Shown here piece after piece: positions 24,766-38,256 of a stretch of DNA of 64,000 bases; within the stretch, counting starts at the first letter, position 1; the number at the start of each line of letters is the position of its first letter. Origin of the DNA: Lama glama (taxonomy: Eukaryota); NCBI GenBank assembly GCA_028534125.1, contig CM052817.1:26166001-26230000 (forward strand). Direction: 5' to 3'. The notes under the pieces are model-generated. The model worked only from the letters and a program-made list of their open reading frames with translations. It was not told the DNA's origin and did not search any database. The position numbers were made by a program, and so were the translations under genes.

Positions 24766-25829
24766 AGCATTTCCTTTTGTACAGTAAGTTAGTCAAAGCT
24801 TATTTAATATTGTAACTTCCTTTAGTTCAAAGCTGGAAATACCTGATGAAAATATGAGCTCATATCTACCATGAAATAGTAGCTGAAATGTTTGTTGAAC
24901 TAAAGAGCGAATGAATATAGAATACATCCTGTGGGAGGAGATAAGAGTACTGATGATAGTGTGCCAGCATAGATAACTAAGAATAGTCCCCTTCATTCAG
25001 TTTGGTCTGGTAATACTGTGTACATAGTGTTGAGATTTTTGTTTCTAAATTATTTGAGTGCTCCTCAGAGCTAATGAGTGTTTTCAAGTTATCCACATGG
25101 TACTAGTGTTAGCACCGTTTGTGTAAATCTAAGGAAACTTGAATTGTTATTTGTATAAGTATTTTAGTATTGTAAACCATCCCATATCTGTTTTGTAATC
25201 AGAGTCAAATATGACTCAGGTATGTCATAGTAAATGTCATTGTATTGTTTCTTACTCGTGCACTTTATGCTTTCTAAGTTATTTTGATTATACATTTTTG
25301 TTGTTATAGGACAGAGATGGGAGCATAATGAGAGAATGTGACAAATACATTGGATATGAATTGGGTATAGAATAATGGGATACATGGGGTACCATTGGTA
25401 ATATTGAGGGTTGAGAAAGAAGTGAAAAATCCAAGAAAGGTTATAGTTGATCAAGAATAACAAAGGGAGGAATAGGAGATAAAGAGTGGAAGACCACATA
25501 AAGAAGTATGTATAAGACAGTTACATCTGTACTGGTAGCTAATGGAGTATCCTCTTGATAATTTCTTTATTGGATCATCTGCAAATTCAGAGTTATTTAT
25601 TCCTAACTGTAGACTGTAGTACAAAGTAAGAAATAGTTTAATAATTTCCTTAGTTTTGCGTATATACACATTTGTTTTTATGTAGAGTCTACAGAGAATC
25701 ATGTATTGAAGATTCTTTAAAAAGCAAGATACAGTTCACCTTAGATCATCTGCCTAAACTGTAAACCTTCTGACATGTTCAGTAGTAATTTAAAATTCTA
25801 CTAAATTAAAATTCCAATCTTGTTCAAAG

Positions 25830-26135
25830 TTTTTTTTAACATTTTTATTGATTTATAATCATTTTACAATGTTGTGACAAATTCCAGTGTAGAGCACAAT
25901 TTTTCAGTTATACATGAACATATATATATTCATTGTCACATTTTTTTCTCTGTGAGCTACCATAAGATCTTGTGTATATTTCCCTGTGCTTTACAGTATA
26001 ATCTTGTTTATCTATTCTACAGTTTTGAAATCCCATCTATCCCTTCCCACCCTCCACCCCCTTGGCAACCACAAGTTTGTATTCTGTGTCTATGAGTCTA
26101 TTTCTGTTTTTTATTTATGCTTTGTTTTTTTTGTT
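25830..26135 (-). mobile_element. Young lineage-specific L1 3' end
   Basis: Near-identical to 32120-32343. TTGTTCAAA on both flanks is a probable TSD. Confidence 0.85.
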
Positions 26136-26409
26136 TTTGTTCAAAATAATTGAACCAACTTTTGTTTTAAAGTCACAAAATTCTGTAATGTCTTGAGTTA
26201 CTGAAATTATGGCATATGGTTATTTTGTATCTTTGAATTTGAAATTATGAATGATGAAAAAGTAAGATGTGAATAGTGTGGTTATATATGTTATGAAGAA
26301 ATATTTGTTATACGTAAGCCCTATATGCCTATCTTATTTGATTTGTACTGTATTTGAAAAGTATACTGTTTTAGGCCTATAACAACAGGTTTATCATAAT
26401 GTTAGTTGC

Positions 26410-27140
26410 ATATTCATTCAGTGTGAAGCACTTTAGATGCTTGGAATGCTCTAGTAAGCATATTAGATAGACACCATGCCTTCTAGGGAAGACTGGGTAA
26501 GTAAGGAAGAGACTATAGAAGCGTGACATCGGCAAGTATACGGTGCTATGGGGACAGGTCGGGAAGAAGTGATTATGGAAGCTGAAACTTGAAGGATAAG
26601 TAGGAGTTAGCCAGGAGAAAAGGGTATTGAGGTGTGCTATTGAGAGAAAAAAATGTATGAAGGCTCCAGGGCAAAAAAAAATTTTTTTAAAGTATGGCTT
26701 GTTGAGCACTTGTACAGAATATGAGGTGGAAGTGAGATTTGAGAGGTAGGCTAGGGCGTTTAAAAGTGTGGGCTTACATAAAGGGAGTGAGAATTCATTA
26801 AAGGGCATTAAGTACAGTACTGACATGAATCAGATTTGTTTTAAAGGGCTATTTTCAGTGTGAAGATTGGAGGGAGCAAAACTGAAGGCAGTGGACTGTT
26901 TAGTAACCTAGGTGAATAATCAGTCTTTAAGGAAATGGTGTTCTGTGGATGGGAAAAAGTAGATATTAAAATGAGTAAGGTTATTTTAAGAATTAAAAAA
27001 GGATCAAGGAGTGGAAAGTCTCCATTAGTTTAGGTTTTTGAGATCATTGGTGACTTAAAGTGCTTTTTCAGATGGCTTGTAAGTTAATGAGTGGTTAGGT
27101 GAGGAATTAGAGACAGGTAGTATAGACAAGTCACAAGGAG
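26410..27140. mobile_element. L2 LINE fossil
   Basis: cattcattca start and purine-rich L2-like motifs (tgacatgaatcagattt, gagatcattggtgactt). Confidence 0.5.
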
Positions 27141-28065
27141 AGAAGTGGAAGTGTAAATCTTTTAGCTTCTTTCCATAAATAGCTTAGATTTGGAACATAT
27201 ATTGATGAATTGATTTTTGTAAGGTACTTAGAACATAGCTTGGCTCATAGTAATTAATCTATTAAACGTTAAAGAATTTTGACTTCGATGACTATCGTAT
27301 ATGTCAGATATAATCCTCCTCCGCCTCCTCCAGAAGCTCGTAAGAGCTGATGAGCTAGATTTCATTTCACAGTGATCTGATAGAGTTAGCATTTTCACTT
27401 TGTTGATTTCTTATTCTTACATGCTAAGACTATGTGAGTTTGTATTTTGTTCCATTGCTAACTAGTTATTTGATGTTGGGTAAATTTCTTAAACTCTTAA
27501 GCCTCAGTGCTTGGCAAATAATAGTAAGCTTTTAGATATTTGTTGAATTATTTTTTTTAAAAGTGTTTAAGAAAAAAAATGATACAGAAAACCAGGAGCA
27601 GTCTTACAGTCACTACTTCTGTTTCTGTGTACTGATTTTGCTTACTTTTTCCTTCAAATTTATTTTATACCCTTCTTCACACACAAAATTTGCCATTTAC
27701 TATCTGTCTTTTAATTTTATGCATGACTTTATCTACCTAAATGGATTTTAGTCCATGTTCAATTTCTTCCAGCATCTAACATTATGCTAGGTAAATTTTA
27801 AACACCTAGTAATTGTTGGGTTTCTTTAAAAACAGAACATTAGTTAAAAGGTTTATAAAGAATGTATGTCGTTGACAACATTCGACTTAGTGAACACTTT
27901 GTCTTCTACAATGCTCCTTTCACAGGCAGAACTAGGCAAAATGATGTGATGTAAGTATGGATATATATTTTTTTAACCCAAGGATTTAATTTTCTTGTAG
28001 TTTTACTTAAACTATATGTGTTTTGTTTCTGTTACTTGAAAATTCAAGTGTGCTTTATATTCTAG

Positions 28066-28148
28066 GTCCGGTTTATCACTAAAATATGGCATCCTAATAT
28101 TAGTTCCGTCACAGGGGCTATTTGTTTGGATATCCTGAAAGATCAATG
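28066..28148 (+). CDS. UBE2K: UBE2K coding exon 4 (83 nt): VRFITKIWHPNISSVTGAICLDILKDQ-W, catalytic exon
   Basis: Acceptor ttctag, donor TG|gtaaga. HPN motif at 28090-28098 and active-site Cys codon TGT at 28123-28125. Confidence 0.98.
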
Positions 28149-28639
28149 GTAAGAGATTTTGAATTCACCTTTTCCCTTCTCTCATATGAATTCCAAGACT
28201 ATTTAGAATGTTAAATGTGTACTTGCCTCAAAACATAAGCATATACTATACTTTCTATTTTAAAACTTTATGAAGACTCTTAAGTACATAAGAGAAGATA
28301 ACGTTATAATTGAAATTGGAATCTATATGTAGATGGTGAATTATTAGGTAATGTCAGGTGGTAGCTTTACATGTTGACAAGTCTTGGATTTCATTTATTT
28401 TGATAAATTTGACTTTTTGCTATCTCAGGAAGATATGTGTGAAAGACTAAAAAAATTCAAGTTTTGAAGTAATTTGGCTCTGACTTGCATGGGATGTAGG
28501 GAACAAAAATGTTAAAAGTTGTGTTAATTGAGCATGATTAAGGTTCTAAGATTCTAAGAAGTACCTTTTAGGTGGTATCTTCATTTGCACAGTGATTTAT
28601 AGTGCTTTCACATGTTTTGTCAGATTTTATATCTTAGCA

Positions 28640-28862
28640 GCATAGTGTTTAGTATTACGAGTTCTTAACTTTGTTACCATTAGGTTCAGATCCTGACTTG
28701 GCCGTTTACTCACCTGTGTTGTCTTGAGCAAATTACCTGGCCTTTATGCCTTTGTTTCCTCATCTGAAAAAATGGGATTAATACCTATTTCGTAGGGCTG
28801 TTGAGAAGATTAAATTAGTTGTTTTATGTATTTCTCTTAGACTAGAGCCTGGCATATTCTAA
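28640..28862 (+). mobile_element. MIR SINE
   Basis: tgtcttgagcaaattacc...tttcctcatctgaaaaaatggg...agagcctggcata. Confidence 0.75.
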
Positions 28863-29349
28863 GAATATGGATTGGAAAACTAAGACGAGATATAAAAGGT
28901 CATTGTAGTAGAAGAAAACAGTGATAAGTTATGTTATTAACTTATTTCTTAAGTTTGTTAAGAAAGGTAAAGAATGGAACCTGAACAAGGTGAAACAGGA
29001 ATAACAACATTTAATGTATGGGTCATTTGGTTTATTAACTGGATAAACAGACGAGTCTCTGGTTTTGTTTTGTTTTTCCATGCTAACTGTGCATCTGAAT
29101 AAAGCTTTTCCCTCAGTAGATCATCTCTTGAGACCTAGATTCTTAATCTGTATGCCATAGTGTTAAACATTGAACAATGTGGAATATACCTGACTTTATC
29201 TTCTGTCATTCTTTTGATTTGTGACTTTTCCCAGTTTATTGAATTTGTATGCCTCAGTGTTTTTATCAGTAAAGTCATCTTGAAGACCTCTTACAGCTCT
29301 GTGGATCAGTGATACTGATGAACATTTGCAGTATTAGAGACATTTTACT

Positions 29350-30030
29350 TTTTTTTTTTAACTTGGTTTCCAGGACATCAATTCTTCTGTTCTCCCCTTC
29401 CCTTACCCACTCCCAAACTTCTCAGTTGGTTCCTCCCTCATCTTTTGGAGCTTTGCACCTGAGAATACCTCAGGGCTGTCTTGACCTCTGCTTCTTTCCA
29501 TTTATACGCACTTTCTTGATGAGCTCATCTGATTTCATAGCTTCATTGTTTACATTCTAGCAGCCCACAAATTTATCTTCTCTGAACTCCAAACTCATGT
29601 CCTGCTACCTGTTTAATGTCTCTACTTGAATATGTGATGAACATCTCAAACTTCAATATTTGAAATGCTGAACTGTTTCCTCAATCCAAAACCTGCTTTC
29701 CCCCCAACTAAATTTTGGCAACTAAGTCCTTGTAGTTGTTCAGACTAAAACCTCATCATGATCTTGTTTCTTCTTTTTCTGTTACTCTTATACCTCATCT
29801 GCAAATCCTGTTGTTGAAACCTCCAAGATCTTATCTGCAGCTCACTACCACTACCTCGGTCCAAGTCGCATTACCTCTTGCCTGGATGATCATAGGAGCC
29901 TGCCCTACTCAGACTATTCTCAGTAGCCAAAATGAAGCCCTCCCTACCCATCACCACCCCCAGCCTTGAAAACAATGAAAGCTCCATACTAAAATTTTCC
30001 ACTGCCTTCCCTGTTTTGCTCAGAGTTAAG
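29350..30030. mobile_element. L2 LINE fossil
   Basis: Pyrimidine-rich L2 motifs (tgtctctacttgaatatgt..catctcaaact, ctcttgcctggat). Confidence 0.6.
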
Positions 30031-30589
30031 CTAGCAGTACTGCCACTTCTGATTATCTTCCTGTGGGTAGTTGAAAGATTATAGTATATGTATAGGGAAA
30101 GAACTTGGTTTTTTGTATTAGAACACTTTCTATCCCCATCTCCTATTCCCATCTCTTTAAGTCAGGTGAAACAGCTGAATTTAGTCTTGTTTCATATCAA
30201 TATAGTTGAAATGATAAAAGATATCAGAGATACATTAAATAGGTGAGATTGGATATCCATGGGTTTGTCCTCACCACACCTCAGCTTTATTAAAGTATGA
30301 CATTCAGTAAATATCTAAATGTGAATGTTTAGGGTAATTTGGGAAAGTTCTGTTAGAAAAGTTTGTTAATCTTGGTCTTTTATTAATACATGTGGGTGGT
30401 GATTTACCTTTAGTATTTAACAACTTACGTTAGTATGGTTTATTTCTTACTTCAAAACTTACCCAATGTGCAGACTATTTTCTGATGTTTTTCCACTGAC
30501 ACCTCTTATGACTAAATGTGTCTGTTTACCTGTGGAGGAAAATGACAAGACATAAAAATTGCACTCATTGATATTGCCCTTCCAAAAGA

Positions 30590-31250
30590 CACAGGCATGA
30601 AGAAAATGGTTTATAAGCTGTGCTCAATATCATTAGTCATCAGGGAAATGCAAACTAAAATCACAATTAGATATTGCTACACTTTTGTAAATGGTTCTCA
30701 TGCTTTGCAGGTAAGAATGTGGTTCAGCCACTCAACCAGCAGTATCTCCCAGAGCTAAGCATACACCTTTGATTTGGCCCAGCAGTTTTACTCCTAGGTA
30801 CTTGTCCAACGGAAATGAGTGCTTATTTACACCAAAAGACTTCTGCAAGAATATTCATAGCAGATTTATTCAAACTGCAAATAACCCAAATGTCTGTCAA
30901 CAGGAGAATGGATGTATAATAGTATAATAATACAGTGGAACACTATGTAGCAGGAAAAAAGCATATTTATACAAACAACATGGATGATTCTCATAGACAT
31001 GTTGAGTGAAAAAAATTGAACACAAAGGAGTACATACTCTGATTTCATTTTATAAAATTCAAGATAAGTAAAAACTAATTTTGGTGGTAGAAGCTAGGAC
31101 AGTGGTAGGGGTAGGTAAGGGTTGTGAATAAGAAGGACAAGAGTGAGGATATTTGATCTAGATGGTGGTTACCATGAGTGTATACATGTATAAAAATTCA
31201 TCTAGCTGTACAGCATTTTTACTCTGCTTATTATACTTTAATAAAATATA
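30590..31250 (+). mobile_element. Ancient L1 (L1ME/MD-like) ORF2 end and 3' UTR
   Basis: cattagtcatcagggaaatgcaaactaaaatcaca...gaatattcatagcag...aataaaa. Confidence 0.75.
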
Positions 31251-31561
31251 ACAAAAAGCTACCTTCTCTTTAAGTAGCATTCAGTGTTTTGAATAAATAT
31301 AGATTATTTATTAATGGTCTTCTAGAATATCCTTAACAGGTAAGTTTGTCAACAGTACAAACAGTTCACATGCTTATTCTACATAATAAAGGCCCCACCT
31401 AGTCCATATAAATGTTTAGCCATATTAACTGTGCTTAGATTTTGAGATCTGAATGAAATTAATTTACTAAAGATAGATTTATAAGGTACCCACTTATTTA
31501 TATCATCCATTAATTAAAATTAGCTAATGCATCTTGAAATTTTCATATTCCTGTTTGCCTG

Positions 31562-33215
31562 TTAGGATTCATCTGTGTTGTAACATTTGTCGGATTTTTC
31601 CTCCTTTTGAGATCTCCATTTCTGTATATACCAAATTTTGTTCATTTATCAGTTAATGGAAACTTAGGTTGCTTCTACATTTTGGCTATTGTGAATAATG
31701 CTGTTATGAACATGGGTATGCAAATATCTGTTTGACTTACTGCTTTCAATTATTTTAGGTGTATATCCATAAGTGAAACTGCTAGATCATATGGTAACTC
31801 TGTGTTTAATTGTTTTGAGGAATTGCCAGATTCCTCAAATAGTGGTTTTTAGCACTTAGTCCACTTTGCATTCCCACCAACAATGCACAAGGATTCCAGT
31901 TACTCTACATTCTCACCAACAACTCTTAGATTTTTTGATAGAGTAGACATCCTAATGGATGTGAGGTGGTATCTTATCGTTGATTTACATTTCCCTGATG
32001 GTTAGTCATGTTAAGCATCTTTGCGTGTACTTACTGGCTACTTGTCTATATTCTTTGGAGAAATGCTTGTTCAAGTCCGTTCTCTTTTTTTTTTTTTTTC
32101 TCTCTTTTTTTTTTTCTTCTTTTTTCTTACATTTTTTATTGATTTATAATCATTTTACAATGTTGTGTCAAATTCCAGTATAGAACACAATTTTTCAGTT
32201 ATACATGAATATATATATATATTCATTGTCACATTTTTTTCTCTGTGAGCTACCATAAGATCTTGTATATATTTCCCTGTGCTATACAGTATAATCTTGT
32301 TTATCTATTCTACAGTTTTGAAATCCCCGTCTGTCCCTTCCCCATTCTCATTTTTTAATCAGGTTTGTTTTTTGTTGTTGAGTTGCAGGAGTTCTTTATG
32401 TTTTCCAGATATTAACTCCTTATCAGATATGTGATTTACAAGTATTTTCTCCCCATTCTGTGAGTTACCTTCTATTGATTGCATCTTCTGCACAGGAAGT
32501 TTTTATTTTGAAATTTTTTCCTTTACACAGAAGTTTTAAATGTTGATGTAGTTAGTTGTAGACTAATTTCTATGTTTTCTGTTTTGTTGCCTGTGCTTTT
32601 GACTGTTGTTTGATACCCAAGAAATCATTGCCAACTCCATTGTCATGAAGTGTTCCCCCTGTATTTTCTTTTAAGAGTTTTTTTTTTAAATTTTTTAATT
32701 TAGTTATAGTCAGTTTACAATGTTGTGTCAGTTTCTGGTGTACAGCACAATTTTTGAGTCATATATGAATATACATATAATCTTTTTCAAGATTTTACAG
32801 GATCTTGAATATATTTCCCTGTGCTATACTGTATAAACTCATTTATTCTATATATACCTGTCAGTATCTATAAATCTTGAACTTCCAGTCTGTCCCTTCC
32901 CCTCCCCCTCCCCCTGGCAACAAGTTTGTATTCTATGTCTGTGAGTCTGTGTCTGTTTTATATTTAAGTTCATTTGTCATCTTTTTTTTTTTTTTTTTTT
33001 TGGATTCCACATATAAGTGATACATGGTATTTTTCTTTCTCTTCTGGCTTACTTCACTTAGAATGACATTCTCCAGGGACATCCATGTTGCTGCAAATGG
33101 CGTTTTGTTGTCTTAAGAGTTTTATAATAAGTTTTGGTCTTACTTTTAGAACTTTAATCCATTTGGAGTTAATTTTTATGTATTGTTTAAGGGGCCAGAT
33201 TCACTCTTTTGAGAG
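31562..33215 (-). mobile_element. Older L1 (L1MB-like) with two nested younger L1 3' ends (about 32085-32343 and 32680-33110)
   Basis: L1 motifs (ggctattgtgaataatgctg, cattcccaccaaca) broken by two poly-T-led inserts. The second insert has ttaagagtttt on both flanks. Confidence 0.8.
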
Positions 33216-33607
33216 ATCATTAAGTTTTTTAAAGAAAAATGTTGATTGCTTGGTTGAGATGTAAATGTATAAAGCAATATATGTGATGATGTTACGGTTT
33301 TGCTGAAATTTATGTTTAGATGGCTTTTATTTTACATATTTTCATGTTTTTATCACAAATTAAAATAATTATTATGAGTTTAATAATTGTTTTAATATGA
33401 AATACTTCCTTTGAGTGAAGATTTTTCTTCAATATTCAGATAAATCTCCTTGAAGGAAATAATTGTATTAATTTAAAATTATATGACTTACAGTTTTGTT
33501 TGAAGTGTTGTTAAGCATCATAACCAGATTTTCCTATTCCTGTAGCTTCTCTAAAAGGATGAATTGATCAATAAAAGTTTTTACTCTGATAGCATTTTTT
33601 AACACAA

Positions 33608-33875
33608 CTTTTTTAAATGGTTTACTGACGTGTTATTGACCATGAACTGCACATATTAAAAATGCACAATTTGGTATGTTTGAACATACGCATACATTCC
33701 ATAAAACCATCACACAGTTAAGGTAGTGAACATAACCAACATACCCAAAAGTTTCCTTGAGTCCCTTTGTAATTGCTCCTTCCCGCCCTTCCTGCTTCCC
33801 CATTCCTCAGCAATGCTGATCTTTCTGTCACTGAAGATTATAGTTTGCATTTTGTGAAGATTAATATAAATGACA
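33608..33875 (-). mobile_element. L1MD-like 3' end fragment
   Basis: aactgcacatatt...aaaccatcac...cccaaaagtttcctt. Confidence 0.6.
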
Positions 33876-34020
33876 ATTCTGATAGCATTTTATATAGGGT
33901 ACCACTTGTAGTGTAATTTTTCTCTTATAAAATATGAGCTTATGTGTGTGATACTGATTTTATTTTGTTGGTTTATTTTAATAGCCTTCCTCAATTAGCT
34001 TAAGCTATAATGCACTAATG

Positions 34021-34185
34021 CAGTATTTCTCAAACATTAGCTTGCATTAGAATCACTTTGGAGTACCTGTTAAACCACCCCACTGTTTGTGATTTAGTAG
34101 GTCTGGAATGAGGCCAAGAATTTTCATTTCTTACAAGTTCCCAGGTGATGTTGATGCACTGGTTGAGGAAACCATATTTTGTAAG
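34021..34185. mobile_element. MER5A-like hAT-Charlie DNA element
   Basis: cagtatttctcaaac...attagaatcac...agtaggtctgg...aagttcccaggtgatg. Confidence 0.75.
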
Positions 34186-34243
34186 ACACATTTCTTTCAG
34201 ACATTTATTGTTGGTAATAACTTTTTCTAAGCATCTAGGATGG

Positions 34244-34245
<2 letters not shown>

Positions 34246-34327
<82 letters not shown>
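34246..34327. repeat. (AT)20(TA)21 microsatellite
   Basis: Counted directly, with a single phase break (TT) at 34285-34286. Confidence 0.97.
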
Positions 34328-34330
<3 letters not shown>

Positions 34331-34703
34331 TACCATCCTTAGGAAAATTGAGAAAATAGTTACTCAGTAATTTTCTCTCTTCTGTAGTTAAAGTGAAGAA
34401 CCCAATTGAAAAAAGATTGGTTTAGAATTACCGAACTTGTCTGTTAAAAATGAGCATGTTTAATAACCTTCAACATTTAAAATAGTTCATTATTATGCTA
34501 TTTCACTATTGTATTTATAAATATTTCTGTAGTAACTGGTCAAATAGTTTTTTAACAGAAATACTAAGAGTCCTTGTTAGGTAGATACCATTTTCTAGAT
34601 AAATATTTGCTTTATAAACACATTTTGAAACATGAATTAAGTTACACATACTAAGCAAAAATCTTACCCTGTTTCAGAATGTTACAGAATTATTTTAGGC
34701 TTT

Positions 34704-35069
34704 TTTTTTTCCATTTTCTTTAAAAAAATTTTTATTAAAAAATTTTATTGTAGTTGCTGTACAGTAATATATGAGTTACAGGGTATAATATAGTGAATTC
34801 ACACTTTTCAAAGGTTATACTCCATATATAGTTATTGTAAAGTATTGGCTGTATTTTCTGATGTACAATATATTACATCTTATTTTTGTACCTTTAACCT
34901 CCCTACCCCTACCCCTATATTGCCCCTCTCCGCTTCCCTTTCCCCACTCATATCCACTGTTTTGTTCCCTGTATCTGTGAGTCTGCTTCTTTTTTGTTAT
35001 ATTCACTAGTTACATTATTTAGACTCCACACAATATCTTTCTTCTTTGACTTATTTTTCACTCCAAATG
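34704..35069 (-). mobile_element. Artiodactyl-type L1 3' end with 12-bp TSD
   Basis: ATTTTAGGCTTT at 34692-34703 and 35070-35081, poly-T start and L1 3' motifs. Confidence 0.8.
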
Positions 35070-35479
35070 ATTTTAGGCTTTCTTCAAAGTAAGGATATTT
35101 ACTTGATGGTGTCTTGTTTTTAGAGTGCCACTGAAAGAAAGTTTCACATATTAGTTTATCGCTTATTTTAACTTTATGTCTAGAGAAATGAATAGAAAGT
35201 AAGTCAATAGATAAAGCTGACCAGAAAGATATTGACAAAAATAAGAAAAAAGCTAAGCTAGTTAAGAATGATTTGAGTTGTCTTAAGGAATAGATTCTTA
35301 ATTCATTGTAAAGTAAAGAAAAAAATATGATAGGTGGATATAAACTATAAATTTGTATAACTTAATTATATGATTAAGATAAAAATTAGTAGTTTTTATG
35401 TTTTATTTAGAAAACATCCACTTTGTATTTGTCGTGCATTATGTTCTTAACTGGGATTTCTTCCTATTCTGAATCTTAG

Positions 35480-35579
35480 GGCAGCAGCAATGACTCTCCG
35501 CACGGTATTATTGTCATTGCAAGCACTGCTGGCAGCTGCGGAACCAGATGATCCACAAGATGCAGTAGTAGCAAATCAG
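35480..35579 (+). CDS. UBE2K: UBE2K coding exon 5 (100 nt): (W)AAAMTLRTVLLSLQALLAAAEPDDPQDAVVANQ
   Basis: Acceptor tcttag, donor CAG|gtaagg. Completes the Trp codon from exon 4. Confidence 0.98.
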
Positions 35580-36086
35580 GTAAGGTAGCTGCTTTTTGAA
35601 AGGCTTTCTTGTACTTACCTATGGGTCTCTACTTTAGTGGTTTGCAGTGATAGCACATGAGCATACTTCTGTCCAAACTAAATCTGGAAATGATTTCCTT
35701 TCTTGCGGTAAGATTATTTTATCAGAAGTAATGATGAAAACCTAATTTAGTGATTTTTTAACATACTAATTTAATTAGGTATATAGTAGATGCCTTTTTT
35801 CTAACATGTGAAAATTTCAAACACACAGTGTTTAAAGAATTATACATTTGAGCACTCATGTATCTACCTACTATCTAGATTCTACGATTAATGTTTTGCT
35901 ACATGTGCTTTATCGTGTGTATCCATCTGTCTGTCTCTTAGTTCAGAGGTGATCGTTCCCTGATGATAATGTTAACCAGCTCCATTGTGGCACTGAAGTT
36001 AGGTATGGTGAAGGGTAATTAACAATGACCTTGTAATTGCTTAATGGATAAGTACTTTTCAGTTCTGATCTTTGATTTTCAAAAGG

Positions 36087-36268
36087 CAGAGGTCAGCAAA
36101 TTATAGCCAGATTGACTGTTTTTGTAAATAATATTTTATTGCAACATGGCCACACTCTTCTGTTTACAACTATAAGTGACAGTTAAATTATTATGACGGA
36201 GATTGTATGATCTGAAAGCCTGAAATAATAATTATCTGTTCCTTTAAGAAAATTAGCCAACCCTTACT
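36087..36268. mobile_element. MER58-like hAT-Charlie DNA element
   Basis: cagaggtcagcaaa...tttttgtaaataa...aaagcctgaaata...gccaaccc with degenerate terminal inverted repeats. Confidence 0.7.
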
Positions 36269-38127
36269 CTAAGCCATTAGGGATTTATTGAGCCTTGTTT
36301 TTTGTTTGTTTTTGAACCTAGAAATTTTTCCTTCTCTTGGCTTCTGAGATACTGCCCTCTCCTCTCCCTATCTTTGTAGTTGTGGTTATTCCTTCTTAAG
36401 TCTTACAATTATTTCCCTTCTTTTTTCTCCCTTTAAATATATTTCCTTGTTTTTATATTGCTTCTTTTACTTTCCATTATATATTGTCACTTGAATGATC
36501 AAATCCATGCTGATGTTACACTGATGTATGTTGATAGGATGTTGAGGCTTGAACTTTCTCCTGAGCCTTTTTGAAACTGGATAGCTCTATATGAATGTTC
36601 CATGGATACCTTAGCACAGCATTCCCAAAACTGAATGCGGAATCTTAAACTTGGAACCTGTTCATCCTTCTGTAGTATAATCAACTCAGTATATATCCAA
36701 GTCACAAACATGGAGTACTTTTCTGTGAAGTCTCCTTTTCTCTTGTATCCCAGTATTTCTCTGTCATAATACTTCACATATTTAAAAATATCTCATTTGA
36801 CTGCTCTAATGGAGCTCCCTACCTCAGCTTCTTTCCCTCATCTTCTACACTGATAGTAGTTAACATAGGGTGCACATCTTACTCCATGTTACTACTAAAA
36901 ACCTATTAGTAGCTCTACTATCACCTACTTGGTAAGTCCGAATTGTTTAGTTTGAAGAGTTCCTTCATGATTTGAACTGTCTGCAAACCCAGCTTCAGCT
37001 CCTAAATTTCTACTGTTCCTCACACTCTTGCTTTTCAAGATGGTGTTCATTCCTACACGCCATTTCACCTCATCTGCCATGTTTTCTCAGCCTGAGAAAA
37101 CTTTTCCTCTTAGAAACTTCTTCCTTTCCTTTGAAAAGCTGTTTACTCCTTGTTTTATGGATATTTTTGTTAATATGTTCTACTGTTATTTGTCTTAGAG
37201 TGCTTAGAATTATGGTTTAAGGTGTCACATATATGTGCTTTCATTCATTTTTGATAGTCAGAAGCATGGCTTGAGTCCCAGCTTTGATTTTCTGTTGAGT
37301 CTGAGCCTCAAAGGTTGAGTTTGGACTCAAGTTTCCTCTAGCTCCAGTCAGTAATTTGACTTATTTCTGTATTAATAATGGTTGAGACTAGATTTATCAT
37401 TTTAATATATAATAGTATTCAGTATGTATAAAATATCTTAAAAATAAATATTAAGGTGAATCGAACAGTTACTTTATCTTATACTTTGCTTTATTAAGTA
37501 ATGATGGTTCCAGAATATTTGAGAATAAATTACCTCTTTTCAATGCATATGGGAAGTCTTACCTTTTAAAAAGTACTCTGGTAAGTTCATAATTATCTCA
37601 AAACATGTGCTTCAAGTTAGGACTTTGCATATGAGGTTTTCTTAATTCACTGTACATTAATATAGTTCTAGCAAAACAGGAAAATCTAATTGTATTCTAA
37701 CCTAAGCTATTGTTAATAATACAAATCTTGGTCACAATTATTAGTTAATGTCCACATAATTTTAGAAGTTAGTAATTCTGTTTAGCTGTATAGTGTTTGC
37801 CAGTGCAGTGTTTAGAAACATCTCTAATAACTCAATTCATTTAGTATTAGTTTTCTGCTACTTTGTTGAAATTGGAGATTAAAGTTGATAAATGTTATTT
37901 ATCTTTGTTTTTCTTTTGTCAACACAACTTGTGAATCACGGTTTCACATTAAACAGTCATTTCTTGAGTGACATAATTTGCTTGCAATGGAAAATGAATC
38001 TGTCACATTTTAAATGTAGATCAGTTTTATTTTTTTTAAATCAGGTTTTTAAGCAGTTAAGAGATGAGCTACTATACTGAGTATTATAACTGTATTGTCA
38101 TGTCAATCAATTTTTCCCCCCATATAG

Positions 38128-38256
38128 TACAAACAAAATCCTGAAATGTTCAAACAGACAGCTCGACTTTGGGCACATGTGTATGCTGGAGCACCAGTTT
38201 CTAGTCCAGAATACACCAAAAAAATAGAAAACCTATGTGCTATGGGCTTTGATAGG
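38128..38256 (+). CDS. UBE2K: UBE2K coding exon 6 (129 nt): YKQNPEMFKQTARLWAHVYAGAPVSSPEYTKKIENLCAMGFDR
   Basis: Acceptor tttttccccccatatag, donor AGG|gtaagt. End of the UBC domain, the linker and the UBA MGF motif. Confidence 0.98.
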
